Shown: positions 30,868 to 41,658 of the stretch, one piece after another
How positions within the stretch are numbered: the stretch's first letter is position 1
Layout of the letters: every line of letters begins with the position of its first letter
Origin: Nitrospirota bacterium
GTDB lineage: Bacteria > Nitrospirota > UBA9217
Direction of reading: 5' to 3'
Length of the DNA stretch: 64,000 bases
NCBI GenBank assembly: GCA_963737155.1
Contig: CAVTRN010000002.1
Coordinates: forward strand, 2,816,001-2,880,000
Notes under the pieces: generated by a model
Told to the model about the DNA's origin: nothing
Seen by the model: only the letters and a program-made list of their open reading frames with translations
The model's database searches: none
Made by a program: the position numbers and the translations under genes

Positions 30868-32331
30868 TCAGACCTTCGGATTCGGCACCGAGGGCCTGTT
30901 ATTTCCGCCTTTTCTCCTTCGTCTTCTGCGGTGCGGACTCATATGCTTCTCGCGGTTATCCTGAATTTCCTTTTGCTCAGCTTGCGTAAGAGGGTTGGCC
31001 CTGATAAATTCATTCCACCACGCCCGAAGCTCTTTTCGCTCTCCCGTGACCTCGCTTGTGAATTGGAGATACTCGTAAGCGTCTCTGAAACCCGGCCGGC
31101 GCAAGAAAAACCGTGGATGTTTGCCCTCACGCTTCTCGAACCGATGCTGGTTCCAGTAGATATCACGCATCATCAACCCAACTTTTTTGGGAATCATAAC
31201 CCGGTGCGCTTCTTCCGTAAGGGTTTCCGCAACCGCCTTTGTCGCGGCCTCCACTGAATTTGCCCCGTCGTTCCTCAGCAGGTCTGCCTTTTCCTCAATG
31301 TACTGTCCGAACAGCAGAGTAAACAGCATATGAGGCTGTACTGGCCGGCCCGACTGCACGCAGGTGTCGATCCACTCAAAGGCCTTCCCGAGCCTGGTGT
31401 GAGGAAATCCATCGGTCTCCGAATCTACCCACTCGTTGAGATGTGGGAAAATCACCCTGTAAAGGCCCGTCTTTCTGAGCAGCTGGTAGGTCCGTTCCCC
31501 TTCACCGAGCAGAAACAGCTTCAGGACTTCCTCGTACATGCGTGCGGGAGAAGCGAGTGCAACCTTTTCCTTCAGCTCCAGCAGGGCGTGATAAGTGTTT
31601 TCTTCGATTTCGAACCCAAGCTGGGCGGCAAAACGCACTGCGCGCACCATGCGTACAGGATCCTCGGTAAAGCGTATCACGGGGTCGCCGATGGTGCGGA
31701 TCATGCCTTTGCGGAGGTCTTCCATTCCACCCACATAGTCGATAACCGAGAAATCGCTTATATTATAGAACATTGCATTCACCGTAAAATCGCGCCGGAG
31801 GGCGTCTTCTTCCGGTGTGCCGAAAACATTATCGCGGAGAATCATACCGCCTTCGGTTTTGAGAATCCGCGATGACTTCGGTTTCAGGACAACACCGGAT
31901 GTCGAAAACGTCCCACCGTTGACTGACACCTTACCTTCTGGTACCGAAGGTGCTTCAAACCCAGACGGCGAAACTTGGTCAAGAGCCGGTGCCGCGGGTC
32001 CGGTTTCCGGTTCCTCGACTACTGATGACCGGAACGTGGCAACTTCAATAATTTCATCTGGAAAATGTACGTGGGCAAGACGAAAACGCCGTCCGATCAG
32101 CCTGCAATTGCGAAAAACCTTTTTGACTTCATTCGGTCTCGCGTCAGTTGCAATATCGAAGTCCTTGGGTTCCCTCCCGAGCAGGAGGTCGCGTACACCC
32201 CCTCCTACGAGATAGGCATGATAGCCCTGCTCTCTGAGGCGATAGAGAACACGAACTGCGTTGTTACTGATCCACTTGCGGGAAATACTGTGTTCAGAAC
32301 GGGGGATAATCGTAGGTAATTTCGGACTCAC
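30868..32331 (-). CDS. pcnB: Poly(A) polymerase I (start uncertain; GTG at 32331 likely, ORF open to 32451)
   Basis: VGGGVRD..KDFDIAT, PAP signature LIGRRFRLAHV, RRDFTVN and a basic C-terminal tail. Confidence 0.93.
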   Translation of the reverse strand: MSPKLPTIIPRSEHSISRKWISNNAVRVLYRLREQGYHAYLVGGGVRDLLLGREPKDFDIATDARPNEVKKVFRNCRLIGRRFRLAHVHFPDEIIEVATFRSSVVEEPETGPAAPALDQVSPSGFEAPSVPEGKVSVNGGTFSTSGVVLKPKSSRILKTEGGMILRDNVFGTPEEDALRRDFTVNAMFYNISDFSVIDYVGGMEDLRKGMIRTIGDPVIRFTEDPVRMVRAVRFAAQLGFEIEENTYHALLELKEKVALASPARMYEEVLKLFLLGEGERTYQLLRKTGLYRVIFPHLNEWVDSETDGFPHTRLGKAFEWIDTCVQSGRPVQPHMLFTLLFGQYIEEKADLLRNDGANSVEAATKAVAETLTEEAHRVMIPKKVGLMMRDIYWNQHRFEKREGKHPRFFLRRPGFRDAYEYLQFTSEVTGERKELRAWWNEFIRANPLTQAEQKEIQDNREKHMSPHRRRRRRKGGNNRPSVPNPKV

Positions 32332-32526
32332 AGGAACGTATATTAGCACAACAGGATGGGTAACGTAAAGGGGGAAGTGGAATGGAAGGACAGAAATTTG
32401 AGGCCGGATAACCCAGTTGCCCACAGATTTATGCGAGGTGTTGTATGTCAATGCAATTTTTAAAGCAACCCCATCTGAAGGTCCGTTCCCTATTGCTTCC
32501 TTGCCCTGTTTGGAATGGATGTTTTG

Positions 32527-33050
32527 TCAACGAGACTTTCGGGCATTGCCCCAAGATAGGGAGACGACATCAAGCAAACCGCTGGCCGTATAGAACCGGC
32601 ACCGCGCAAGGGTAAGAAAGAGTTCGTTTTTCGCGCGCGTCATACCCGAATAGAAGAACCGCCGTTCCTCCTCCTTATCCATACCTTCCTTTATAATCGT
32701 ACAAGGCAAAAGATCTCCATCGCAACCTGTTAAGAATTCGACAGGAAGCTCCAGTCCTTTTGCCATGCGCATTGTCATAAGCGTTACCAGGTCCGCTCGG
32801 GGATCGAAAAAATCCTCCGTGCTGAGAAGCTTTGCTTCCCGCCTAGTAACTTCAGGTGTTCCTCCGGCCTCATTGGCATGAACAAGCGACTGAAGATAGG
32901 CAGCGGTCCTCTATTTCCACGATCTTCATTTCGTTCCTGCGTCCCAACACCTGATAAGGAATACCCGATGCTAAAAAGGCCTCCTCCAGAACCTTTGCCT
33001 GGGCATTGGTCCGATAAAAAGCAACATCGAACACTAAAGACACAATAAAT
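32527..33050 (-). pseudogene. UvrD/Rep helicase C-terminal remnant
   Basis: YRTNAQAKVLEEAF..GIPYQVLG; DFFDPRADLVTLMT..AKGLE; EEERRFFY.GMTRAK; frameshifted, N-terminal part missing. Confidence 0.8.
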
Positions 33051-33082
33051 TTTTTGCTATAGTTGTCTCCGCAGACATCTAT

Positions 33083-34354
33083 TTATAGGAGCTTCATCTG
33101 TCCTTTGATCACTTTCCGCTCCATCTCCTCGAAGATCCTAATCTTGCCGAACTCTCCGTCGTATCCCGGAGCAATGTGCACTTCACCCGCACGCATGCGC
33201 GAGACGGCTTCTCGGATAAGAGGAGTGCTTGCACGTTCAATGTCATCGAGTGGGGAGTCAAGCAGAATGGTGAATTCGTTGCCGAGTTTTTCGAGGAGGG
33301 GGAAATACAGGGACTCCACTTTTTTCGTGTTCACCCCGCATTTCAGTCCCTCCGCAATAATCTCAGGCAGCGGAATGATCGACGTAAAAGATGGCGCGCC
33401 CTTAGGCCTGAATCCGCAGTCACGGTCCGCTAGTTTCTCAACCCGGTGCATCACGCCCACGGTTACCTTTCTGTTGCACACAGGGCAAAGATAGCCATGT
33501 TGGATTGTTTCCTTCGGCGTGAGGCTTACCCCGCAGTTGCGGTGGCCGTCATAGTGATACTTCCCTTCTTCAGGAAAAAATTCTACGGTGCCCAAAAACC
33601 CTTTGCGCGTTTTGATCGCTTCGATGATTGAGGGGTACGAGATATCTGTATCGAGAATGTTTGCTTCGCGCCCGATTTTTGCGGCGGAATGGGCGTCGGA
33701 ATTCGAAACCAGCGTGAGTCTATCGAGAGCAGAAAGCCGCCAATTCATAAGCGGATCGGACGATAGACCAGTCTCGATAGCATGGATGTGCGGAGTCAGT
33801 TCTTGAAAACATTCTTCCAAGGCATCGAAACCCGACGCAGCGCCGAAAACAGAGAAATGCGGTGTCCAGACGTGGGCAGGGATGAGCATGGCCTCCGGCG
33901 AGGCGTCGAGAGTGATCTTCAGAAGCTCTTTTGCATCGAGTCCAAGGATCGGCCTTCCATCAGCATTTAGGTTCCCCCTCCTTGAAAGCGCAAGATTGAG
34001 CCGCGCGACGTCTGCAAAATTGGGCGCAAGAATGACACAATGTATCTTGCGCGTTCTTCCATCCTTGCTGTAAATGCAGCTGATCTCCGACGAGAGGATG
34101 AGCCGGACATCGGCCTTGCAGGATGAAGGCACATCTTCTGTCTGATGCTCCTTCCTAAGAGCGAATAAACCGTCTCCGCCGGGTTCGAGTTTTTCGTCAA
34201 GTTCCTTCAGCCACTTTGGATGAGTGAAGTCACCGGTGCCGATCACCCTGACACCCTTGAACTGCGCCCATTTCCATAAGCCTTCAGGACACATGTCTTT
34301 GCTTGTTGCGCGAGAGTAGTGGGAGTGAACGTGAAAGTCAGAGATGAATTTCAT
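33083..34354 (-). CDS. Endonuclease Q family protein (PHP domain plus zinc ribbon)
   Basis: DFHVHSHYSRATS, GTGDFTHP, SNSDAHS, GKYHYDGHR.C, CPVC and PGYDGEFG. Confidence 0.9.
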   Translation of the reverse strand: MKFISDFHVHSHYSRATSKDMCPEGLWKWAQFKGVRVIGTGDFTHPKWLKELDEKLEPGGDGLFALRKEHQTEDVPSSCKADVRLILSSEISCIYSKDGRTRKIHCVILAPNFADVARLNLALSRRGNLNADGRPILGLDAKELLKITLDASPEAMLIPAHVWTPHFSVFGAASGFDALEECFQELTPHIHAIETGLSSDPLMNWRLSALDRLTLVSNSDAHSAAKIGREANILDTDISYPSIIEAIKTRKGFLGTVEFFPEEGKYHYDGHRNCGVSLTPKETIQHGYLCPVCNRKVTVGVMHRVEKLADRDCGFRPKGAPSFTSIIPLPEIIAEGLKCGVNTKKVESLYFPLLEKLGNEFTILLDSPLDDIERASTPLIREAVSRMRAGEVHIAPGYDGEFGKIRIFEEMERKVIKGQMKLL

Positions 34355-34411
34355 GAAAGGATTATAGCATCATATTAAGAGCAGAGAAACAAGATTTTAA
34401 AAACGAGTTTG

Positions 34412-34600
34412 CTAGCATTTCCTACAGGTTTTGATGCCGAGCAGGGCATAGGACAGCACCATCCGACGATCCCCGTAACAAGCGGAATGATCCCGAGATA
34501 GGCCCAGGGGGGCTTCAGCCCCACAACGGCGCAAGTAAGTAATGAATAGACCAACTACAACCCGGACCGTCCTTTCCCATGAACCAATATTTTTCTTCAT
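34412..34600 (-). pseudogene. DUF2892/YgaP-like membrane protein, frameshifted
   Basis: MKKNIGSWERTVRVVVG, then AYLGIIPLVTGIVGWC in another frame, then YALLGIKTC. Confidence 0.7.
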
Positions 34601-34880
34601 AATACCATCCTCCCTTAATGTTTTGAAATTGCCGGCGTATAATTGATTACCGGCCATGAATGTATGCAATAAATTGGAGGAAGGGATATCTCAATCTGGC
34701 TGATTTATCTGGTGGCCTCCGCTCCCGCTCGCAATAAGCACAGCGTTACTTTGAATATATAAGAAAAAGGTTTAACGAACCAGTTTCTATGAATACCGCA
34801 TTATTGCCGAAATGGCGGCTAATGACCGTATAACGTGGTACATTTATATAAGGAAACTCAACAACGAAAGGGGTCAAACA

Positions 34881-35429
34881 ATGAAGAAGATAGTAATGGG
34901 TTCTGTTCTCTTAGGATTTATGTTCGTCACTTACGCTTATGCAGAAGATTTTACGCTGAAAAGTGACCAGATAGGTGGTCAGCTTACCATGGATCAGGTA
35001 TTCTCGGGATTCGGTTGCACGGGGAAGAACATCTCACCTTCCCTTAAATGGGTAGACGCCCCTAAGAATACGAAAAGTTTCGCGCTCACGGTATATGATC
35101 CCGATGCGCCAACCGGGAGCGGATGGTGGCATTGGGTTATCTTCAACATCCCCGCAGATGCAACTGAACTCAAAACAGATGCGGGAAATCTGAAGAAAAA
35201 CATAGCCCCCAAGGGCAGTATCCAGAGCATGACAGACTTTGGAAAACCAGGCTTCAGCGGCCCCTGCCCGCCTGTGGGCGACAAGCCGCACCGGTATATT
35301 TTCACACTTTACGCCCTTGATGTCCCGAAGCTTGACCTTGACGAGAAGGCAGTTGCACCGCTTGTAGGTTATATGCTCAACCAGCATGTGATCGCGAAAG
35401 CGTCGATTATCTCCTATTACGGCCGGTAA
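34881..35429 (+). CDS. YbhB/YbcL (PEBP, Raf kinase inhibitor-like) periplasmic protein
   Basis: Signal peptide, GCTGKNISP, DPDAPTGSGWWHW and GPCPP..HRYIF. Confidence 0.95.
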   Translation: MKKIVMGSVLLGFMFVTYAYAEDFTLKSDQIGGQLTMDQVFSGFGCTGKNISPSLKWVDAPKNTKSFALTVYDPDAPTGSGWWHWVIFNIPADATELKTDAGNLKKNIAPKGSIQSMTDFGKPGFSGPCPPVGDKPHRYIFTLYALDVPKLDLDEKAVAPLVGYMLNQHVIAKASIISYYGR

Positions 35430-35553
35430 TGCAAGCTTCACGATGCTTAGAAGCATAACCATTGTACTACCTGCAAACTGCAAAAAATACAGGAGAAGAG
35501 ATGAACTAGGCTAGGGGGGCCAACTATACGAAGATATCGAAGGTATCGAAAAA

Positions 35554-35588
35554 ATGGCTTTCCACTTTATTGGAGGGGCCACTTTTTT
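35554..35588 (+). terminator. Putative intrinsic terminator downstream of the YbcL-like gene
   Basis: TGGCTTTCCA..TGGAGGGGCCA stem with G-U pairs, followed by TTTTTT. Confidence 0.45.
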
Positions 35589-35599
35589 GAAGGCGAACC

Positions 35600-35733
35600 A
35601 ATGAACCTCTCGCAGCAAGCCGCGGGGAATTTATAAAGAGGAAAGCTATAATCATTTGAGCAACCCACGGTTGTTCATACTCTGCCATCTATAAGTTATC
35701 CTTGCAGCAAAGCCACAGGAAATTGTAAGTAAA
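35600..35733. mobile_element. About 135-bp MITE/PATE-like element with two palindromes, copy A
   Basis: Colinear with 54631-54765 over its full length; hairpins CGCAGCAAGCCGCGGGG and CTTGCAGCAAAGCCACAGG. Confidence 0.65.
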
Positions 35734-35968
35734 TAAAGTACCTAAAATGGGTGTTCATTGTATTATTCATCTTCATTTGTATAAAATCTTAAAGTTAGAG
35801 AGAATGCAATATGTCAGGCCAATCGCTTTCGATTATGGCGAGGACATAAAAATAAGAGGTCATATCCTGTGGCTACACGCACCTCTTGGTGTTGGAACCT
35901 GACAGCCGACCTCAGAGTACTTCATATGTTATTTCCCCCGCGTGGATTTGAGTCAATTAGTCTCCGTA

Positions 35969-37141
35969 TCATAGCATACAACAAAGGTCAGAAGATTCTA
36001 TACTTTGTAGCAGTTTGAATTGCACCCGTGCGCGGTGAAGATTATGGGACGGATAATCGATTTTAAAATAGGTATCGCCCCGAAGATAATCGGCAAGGAA
36101 TCTAATACCCAGTTCGAAGGTAATCACTTCAACGGATTTCGGCAGCAACTCAAGTTCCTTTTCCGTAAGGAATGCGCCCGCTTCGCGAATATAGCCGCGC
36201 CTCACCGAGTCGTACAAAGAGAGATCGAAACGGACCGACTCAAAATCCGGGGCATCCTCGCCCAGTGGGTTTGCCGTTGACCGGACGCAGTCACCAAAAT
36301 CGAAGTGCACAATGCCGGATTTTACCGTGTCCAAGTCGAGCATACACAGGGCCTTGCCCGTTGCGGCGTGGATCATGACATTATTCACCTTCGGATCGTT
36401 GTGGACCACCCGTAGCGGAAGCACTTTGGCTGCGATAAGATCCGTCAATACGGTCGCGAGAGATCTTCTGGCATACACGAACTCCTGTTCAATCGTAACC
36501 TGGTGAGCGCGTTTTTTCACGTCCGATGCCAGCGCTTCATCATAATCAGAGAGATATTTCGACGTAATGTGAAACCCTGGTAGCGTGTCATGCAGTTTTG
36601 CCGGCAACAGGTCGGACAGGATCGCCTGAAACGAGCCAAGAGCGCGGCCAATCTCGTAAGCATGGTCCGCGCTCTTGGTGCGGTCGAATACTTCGCCCAC
36701 TTCAATAAAATGAAACATCCGCCAGTACTCGCCGAAATTGTCAATTAGGTAGGAGGTGCCTTTTTTCGTGGGGACAAGTACTGGTGTGACACTCGATGGG
36801 TCATGGATACCCTTTGCACTGAGCCGATCCGCTATGTGCGAGGTCACAACCTCCACGTTTTCCATTACCTGTTCTGGATGTTTGAACACTGCGGTGTTCA
36901 TACGCTGTAGGATGTATTTGAGCGTCGTTCTTCCTTCCAACATCCTACAGAGGTAAGTAGTGTTGATCAGGCCGGAGCCGAAGCGTTCAGCCCTGATGAG
37001 CGTCCCGGGAACGGTGAATTGCGAGATAATGGATTCAAGCATGTTTTCGTATTTGACAGGACCGGCGGCTGCAGATTTCTGTCGTGTTTTTTTTGCTGTT
37101 TTATTCCTACGAACTGAAGTTTGCATCTTACTCATTTTCAC
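35969..37141 (-). CDS. APH-superfamily phosphotransferase (N-acetylhexosamine kinase-like)
   Basis: GSGLINTTY, LQRMNT.VF, HNDPKVNN, LDLDTV and IRFLADYL.GD.YF. Confidence 0.88.
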   Translation of the reverse strand: MKMSKMQTSVRRNKTAKKTRQKSAAAGPVKYENMLESIISQFTVPGTLIRAERFGSGLINTTYLCRMLEGRTTLKYILQRMNTAVFKHPEQVMENVEVVTSHIADRLSAKGIHDPSSVTPVLVPTKKGTSYLIDNFGEYWRMFHFIEVGEVFDRTKSADHAYEIGRALGSFQAILSDLLPAKLHDTLPGFHITSKYLSDYDEALASDVKKRAHQVTIEQEFVYARRSLATVLTDLIAAKVLPLRVVHNDPKVNNVMIHAATGKALCMLDLDTVKSGIVHFDFGDCVRSTANPLGEDAPDFESVRFDLSLYDSVRRGYIREAGAFLTEKELELLPKSVEVITFELGIRFLADYLRGDTYFKIDYPSHNLHRARVQFKLLQSIESSDLCCML

Positions 37142-37380
37142 TGCCTCCCTATGATCAAGGACACTGGGAATTCATGTATCTCCTTCCCGTCTACCGCCCG
37201 CTGGGCAATCGTTGCCATGGCATCACAAATATCCTTGGAACCTGCGTCAGGCAGAAGGTACTTCAAATTATCGCAGTCGAAACTGGGATGAAATACGCCA
37301 TTGCCTCCGAAAACCGGATTATCCTCTGCTGGGAGGTCGCGAAGTCCAGCCGACCTCCCAGTGAGAGCAAGTCCTCAGCA
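37138..37380 (-). pseudogene. Class I SAM methyltransferase C-terminal remnant
   Basis: GGRLDFA/DL..ED...GVFH..FD...LK.LL..AG..DI..EFPV.LIIGR; no N-terminal part. Confidence 0.5.
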
Positions 37381-37553
37381 TGGGCGTCATCAATGCAGCC
37401 AACTGCACGAATTATACCATGCTTCACTGCAATAAAATATTATTTGTATCAGGGTGAAACTAAACTTCAAGAGTGTTATAATATTTTATAATTCGGACTG
37501 ATTGTCCATAATACTTTTCAAACAGGCCAGGAAACGGGGGTAAGCTCAATACC

Positions 37554-38186
37554 ATGATTTTTCAGGACCGCAGGCAAGGAGGAGAAAAACTTGCCCGGGA
37601 GTTGCAAGCCTTGGGGCTAAAGAATACCGTTGTCCTCGCAATCCCTCGAGATGGTGTTGCAGTTGGCGGAGCGGTGGCAAAAGGCATCGACTGCCCATTT
37701 GACGTTATTCCCCTGATGAAAATTCCTATCCCCTGGAACCTCGAAGCAAGTTATGGTGTCGTGGCCATGGACAAGACTATGGTGTGGAATAGACCGCTCA
37801 TGAACCGTCTTGAACTGTCCGAGCGGGAGCTCGAACTGGCCGCCGCCGCCGCCGTCGCGGAAGCCAAAAGGAGGGAGCAACTCTACCGGCGGGGAAAGCC
37901 TTTCCCAAAGCTGGATAATAGGGTTGTTATCCTGGTTGATGACGCGCTTGCCTCAGGTTACAGCATGCTGGCGGCAGTCAATTTTGCGAAGAAACGGCGT
38001 CCTCGCTCCATCATCATTGCATCACCGGTCGCTTCCGACATAGCCTACCGTATGCTCGCAGCGGAAGAAGGCATCGATAGGATTATAGCACTTGTCCAGG
38101 ATCCTGAACAGTTCTTTTCGCTTGAATCCTACTATCAAGAATACAAATTCCTCACCGACGATGACGTAATACGAGAACTCAGTTGA
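37554..38186 (+). CDS. Phosphoribosyltransferase family protein
   Basis: FQDRRQGG..LA, VLAIPR and the PRPP-binding motif VILVDDALASG. Confidence 0.88.
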   Translation: MIFQDRRQGGEKLARELQALGLKNTVVLAIPRDGVAVGGAVAKGIDCPFDVIPLMKIPIPWNLEASYGVVAMDKTMVWNRPLMNRLELSERELELAAAAAVAEAKRREQLYRRGKPFPKLDNRVVILVDDALASGYSMLAAVNFAKKRRPRSIIIASPVASDIAYRMLAAEEGIDRIIALVQDPEQFFSLESYYQEYKFLTDDDVIRELS

Positions 38187-39118
38187 TTACTTAAATAATT
38201 CCATTCCCCAGAAAATCCTTTCCACTAATAACTTCTTTTTCTTGCCCTGACGACACATAATTTTTTTGACAAAATAAGCGAGCAGGCATTAATGCTCTCT
38301 GAAGTGATTATTCATGCGTTTCATACTGTCGAACCATTATCAGATCTCCTGCTTTTTCCAAAAACGGCAGTTCATAAATTTTTTTCTCAACTCATGGAGT
38401 GAGTTTTTACCAAAATTATTCTTATTATCATATGTCACCTCCCGTCTCTAAGGAATGTCTGCTCTTTGAATTCAAGACTGCATCTTATACTGTACGCTTC
38501 GGGAGTTACAACGGATCATTGCCACTATCGCATCTCCTTTCGTCCCCAAAGATTGGCTGACGACTGAGATCATTCAGACCAGCCTTGATCGATGCAGACT
38601 AAAAACCGCTGCAGTCTGAGCAAGGATGACTCTTGTCGCCCGTCTCATCAGGCATTGGACGGCCAGCAAGATTCGGTGCCACCTTTTTTATACAGGTGGC
38701 GATAACATATTCGCCCGTATGGAACTTCGGCTCAACGCTGCAGCATAAAGAGAACAGGTGAAGATGTGATGTGGAGGATATGAGTGGTCTTCACGGCGCG
38801 GATGATGAGGGAAAGCGAACGTCGCTTGGAGAATGATCGACAAGTTAGAGACTTTAATTTCTCTTGCCCCTTTCGCCCAAGTATAGTATCCTCACCAAAT
38901 CAGATAAACATCCTTGGTTGCAGCGGTGCATCATGATGCGTAAATCCCGAGAGAACGACATTTCTAAGTTTTATCTTCTCTCCGAAAAATCTCCCATAAA
39001 TTGGTAAGCTCGAATGACCTAACTTCTTCCTCAAGTTCTACCTATAGTTGGTGCAAGGGGGCCGGCATATTTCAGCTTTACCTACTGATAGCATTGATGA
39101 TATGAGAAGATAACCGAT

Positions 39119-39349
39119 ATGGATATAGACAGAGTCATCTCAGGCATTGTTTCATTAATCGTCAGTATTGGTCTTTTTAAGTATGGAAATAGTATTTTAC
39201 AATATATTGCCGACCTCCAGAAGCAATACCATCAAGAGAACCTAAGTCAAGATCAAATTTTAACTGTGAGAATATTCGTAGCTGTATTTCGTATTTCGGC
39301 GCTGGTTGGAGGCATAATATTGCTTTATCAGGGCATATTGAGCAAATAA
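39119..39349 (+). CDS. Small hypothetical two-TM membrane protein
   Basis: 76-aa ORF with two hydrophobic helices in an AT-rich region. Confidence 0.5.
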   Translation: MDIDRVISGIVSLIVSIGLFKYGNSILQYIADLQKQYHQENLSQDQILTVRIFVAVFRISALVGGIILLYQGILSK

Positions 39350-39950
39350 CTGTCAATAATAGTTAATTATTTGACCTAATTACTGCTTAGGCGGTTCCGC
39401 ACCAAACTAATGCGAGCAAGAGGACAAGAATAAATACATCAGTAACGGTCGTCACAAATTCTAGGCAAAACAAGAATACGAGATAGCTTTTTCTCTTGAC
39501 CGGTTACCTTTCAATAGGTGTGCACGGCGAACCCGGTGAAATTGATTGGTAATCCGCCCCGCCCGATTATACAGTTATCAGAATCTTTACTACCCATGCC
39601 GTGAACTATTATGTGCTGGCTAACAACCACAGGATTTGAACAATACTTCTGGCCGGCATGGAACCGAAGATTTTCTGGTCCGCCACAAAGCGAAAAAAGT
39701 AAATGGATGGAGCGTTTCACCATGACCTTAATCCTGATTGGGTGACTGGTGCAGTGCAGACTGACCCAAAGCTGCATAAAATTGCAGCAATCGTGCGAAT
39801 GGCGGACATGTCAATTATTTCAATGGGTTTTAATAATATGCACGAATGAATTCAGGTAATAAATGTTGAGTTGCTAAGAATGGAACCTTCGTGAGACGCA
39901 GGAATTAAATGTGTGTTTTTTGAGCAACGTGAAATCGCTGTGTGCCCGAA

Positions 39951-40343
39951 TTATGATACAAGCAAAGCACTACCGGCCGCTGACCGTTGGAGTGCTGACA
40001 TCACAATATGGTACAGTTCTTTTTCCTTAAACGGCTTATGGAGATATTCGAATGCCCCGAGGCTAAGAGATTTTAAATAGATTTCTACAGAACTATGTCC
40101 AGTAAGCATGATTACTGGTATTGATGGTAAGGTCTTCCTGAGTACCATGAGAAATTCAACACCGTTCATTTCCGGCATCCGGTAATCTGTTATAATAAGG
40201 TCAATGTCGGTTCCATCCCGGATAACGGAGAGGGCGGACTCCGCATCGAGTCTTGGAATAACCTTATACCCAAACGTTTTCAATGTTTCTCCCACAATCT
40301 CTAACACGTCAGGTTCATCATCTACTAAAAGAATTGTCTTCAT
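39951..40343 (-). CDS. Single-domain response regulator (CheY-like)
   Basis: LLVDDE, DLIITDYRMP, MLTG and YLHKP; RBS GAGGAGG-like. Confidence 0.93.
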   Translation of the reverse strand: MKTILLVDDEPDVLEIVGETLKTFGYKVIPRLDAESALSVIRDGTDIDLIITDYRMPEMNGVEFLMVLRKTLPSIPVIMLTGHSSVEIYLKSLSLGAFEYLHKPFKEKELYHIVMSALQRSAAGSALLVS

Positions 40344-40959
40344 ATTCCTCCTCTCAGTGAAAGCTTATTTCAAAAAAAAAGCCCACCTTCAGTTTAATTT
40401 AACCGAAATAGAGCCTTTAATTTTAACATTCCCTGATATCTGACTCACCGCTTTCCTTTCATAAGTAAAGCGTAATGTAAAGACAATCAGGATATGATTT
40501 ACGTTGAAACGAAAGTTCCTATATCTAGGTAATAGACATGCCTTTCATTCTTTCCAGGATAATATTAGTCATGAGAGTTTGTAAATCTCTATCATTAACA
40601 CGACTGCAAAAATGCTAAACTAAGCAAAAACCGTGGAGAACCAACAAATGAAGAAACGCTTTATTTACAACATGATTGACTCTTCATATCATAATAATTA
40701 ATTAAATGCAACAATAAAATTCAACTTTTGCTATATTGTTATTTCAGGGGATGGTCGCAAATTTCGGGATGCAGTCGATAGTGAACAACAAGAACACAAA
40801 AAAAACTCAGAGGCAGAACGGCATATATTCGCGGCTCGCGTGTTATAGGCAGACTTCATCTTCACATCATCGATTGTTCTCCTTAGGTTATTATCTTGTG
40901 GCAACTTATACGGCATTCTCTTTTTTATTTCTCTTTGCTAGGTGAGAAAAAACGCCGCA

Positions 40960-41460
40960 CTCACCCGGACTAGCGGAGAAGAGCGCATGGCTAAAGCGGG
41001 TGATTTCCTCTCGATAACCACCCCAGTGACCATCCTTCTGAAAACCCGACAAACCATCGTCACCAGCGGCGACGATGACTAGCGAATTCGCCTTAAGCCT
41101 CGGCTCGCTGCTGTACCAATCACGAAAGGCCGAGAAGTCGACTTTGAACTGAGTCACGCCCGTCCCCAGCGCTTCGCGCTCATTGTTGACCTTTGAGCCA
41201 AAGGCCTTGCCGAGCGCAATGAGCTGATCACGAAGACATGAATCGTTGTCGTTGCAGTACTTCCATGTAAGCCGAGCAAGCGCATTATGGAGCTTCTGTG
41301 GGTGCTCCGGATCTTCCAGCGAAATTAGCAGATGGATGTTGAGTGCCATCGTCTTGTCCGTCGGCGGCGCAATCCGAACTCGACATTCGGAATGAGCAGA
41401 TCGACATGGGGCAATTTGCCCAGCGCTTGATACTGTTTGAGTCTTATATAGGTGCTGAAT
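40960..41460 (-). pseudogene. Internal fragment of a PHP-like/AAA-ATPase (TrlF-like) protein
   Basis: LLIPNVEF(R)..NIHLL..QLIALG..GVTQFKV..DGLSG..HALFS; frameshifted and truncated at both ends. Confidence 0.55.
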
Positions 41461-41658
41461 AGGAAGCAATTAGAAATGCCGATAACCCGCACTTCATTCT
41501 GCGCGTACCTGCTAACCAATCCTGATAAATTTATAAGTAAACTTTTTAAGTCTCACCCATAGATGTATTTTGTTTAATATCGAGGCAAATATAGCAGCTT
41601 CTCGATGTAGATTTAATCTCAAAAGAAACGTTTTGGATATTTTGACCAGACGGGCTTG

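Noticed and set aside
38660-38705. Minus-strand AAAAAAGGTGGCACCGAATC resembling a T-box core or tracrRNA 3' end
   Set aside because: Short match only; no specifier stem, no downstream amino-acid gene and no cas genes or array.
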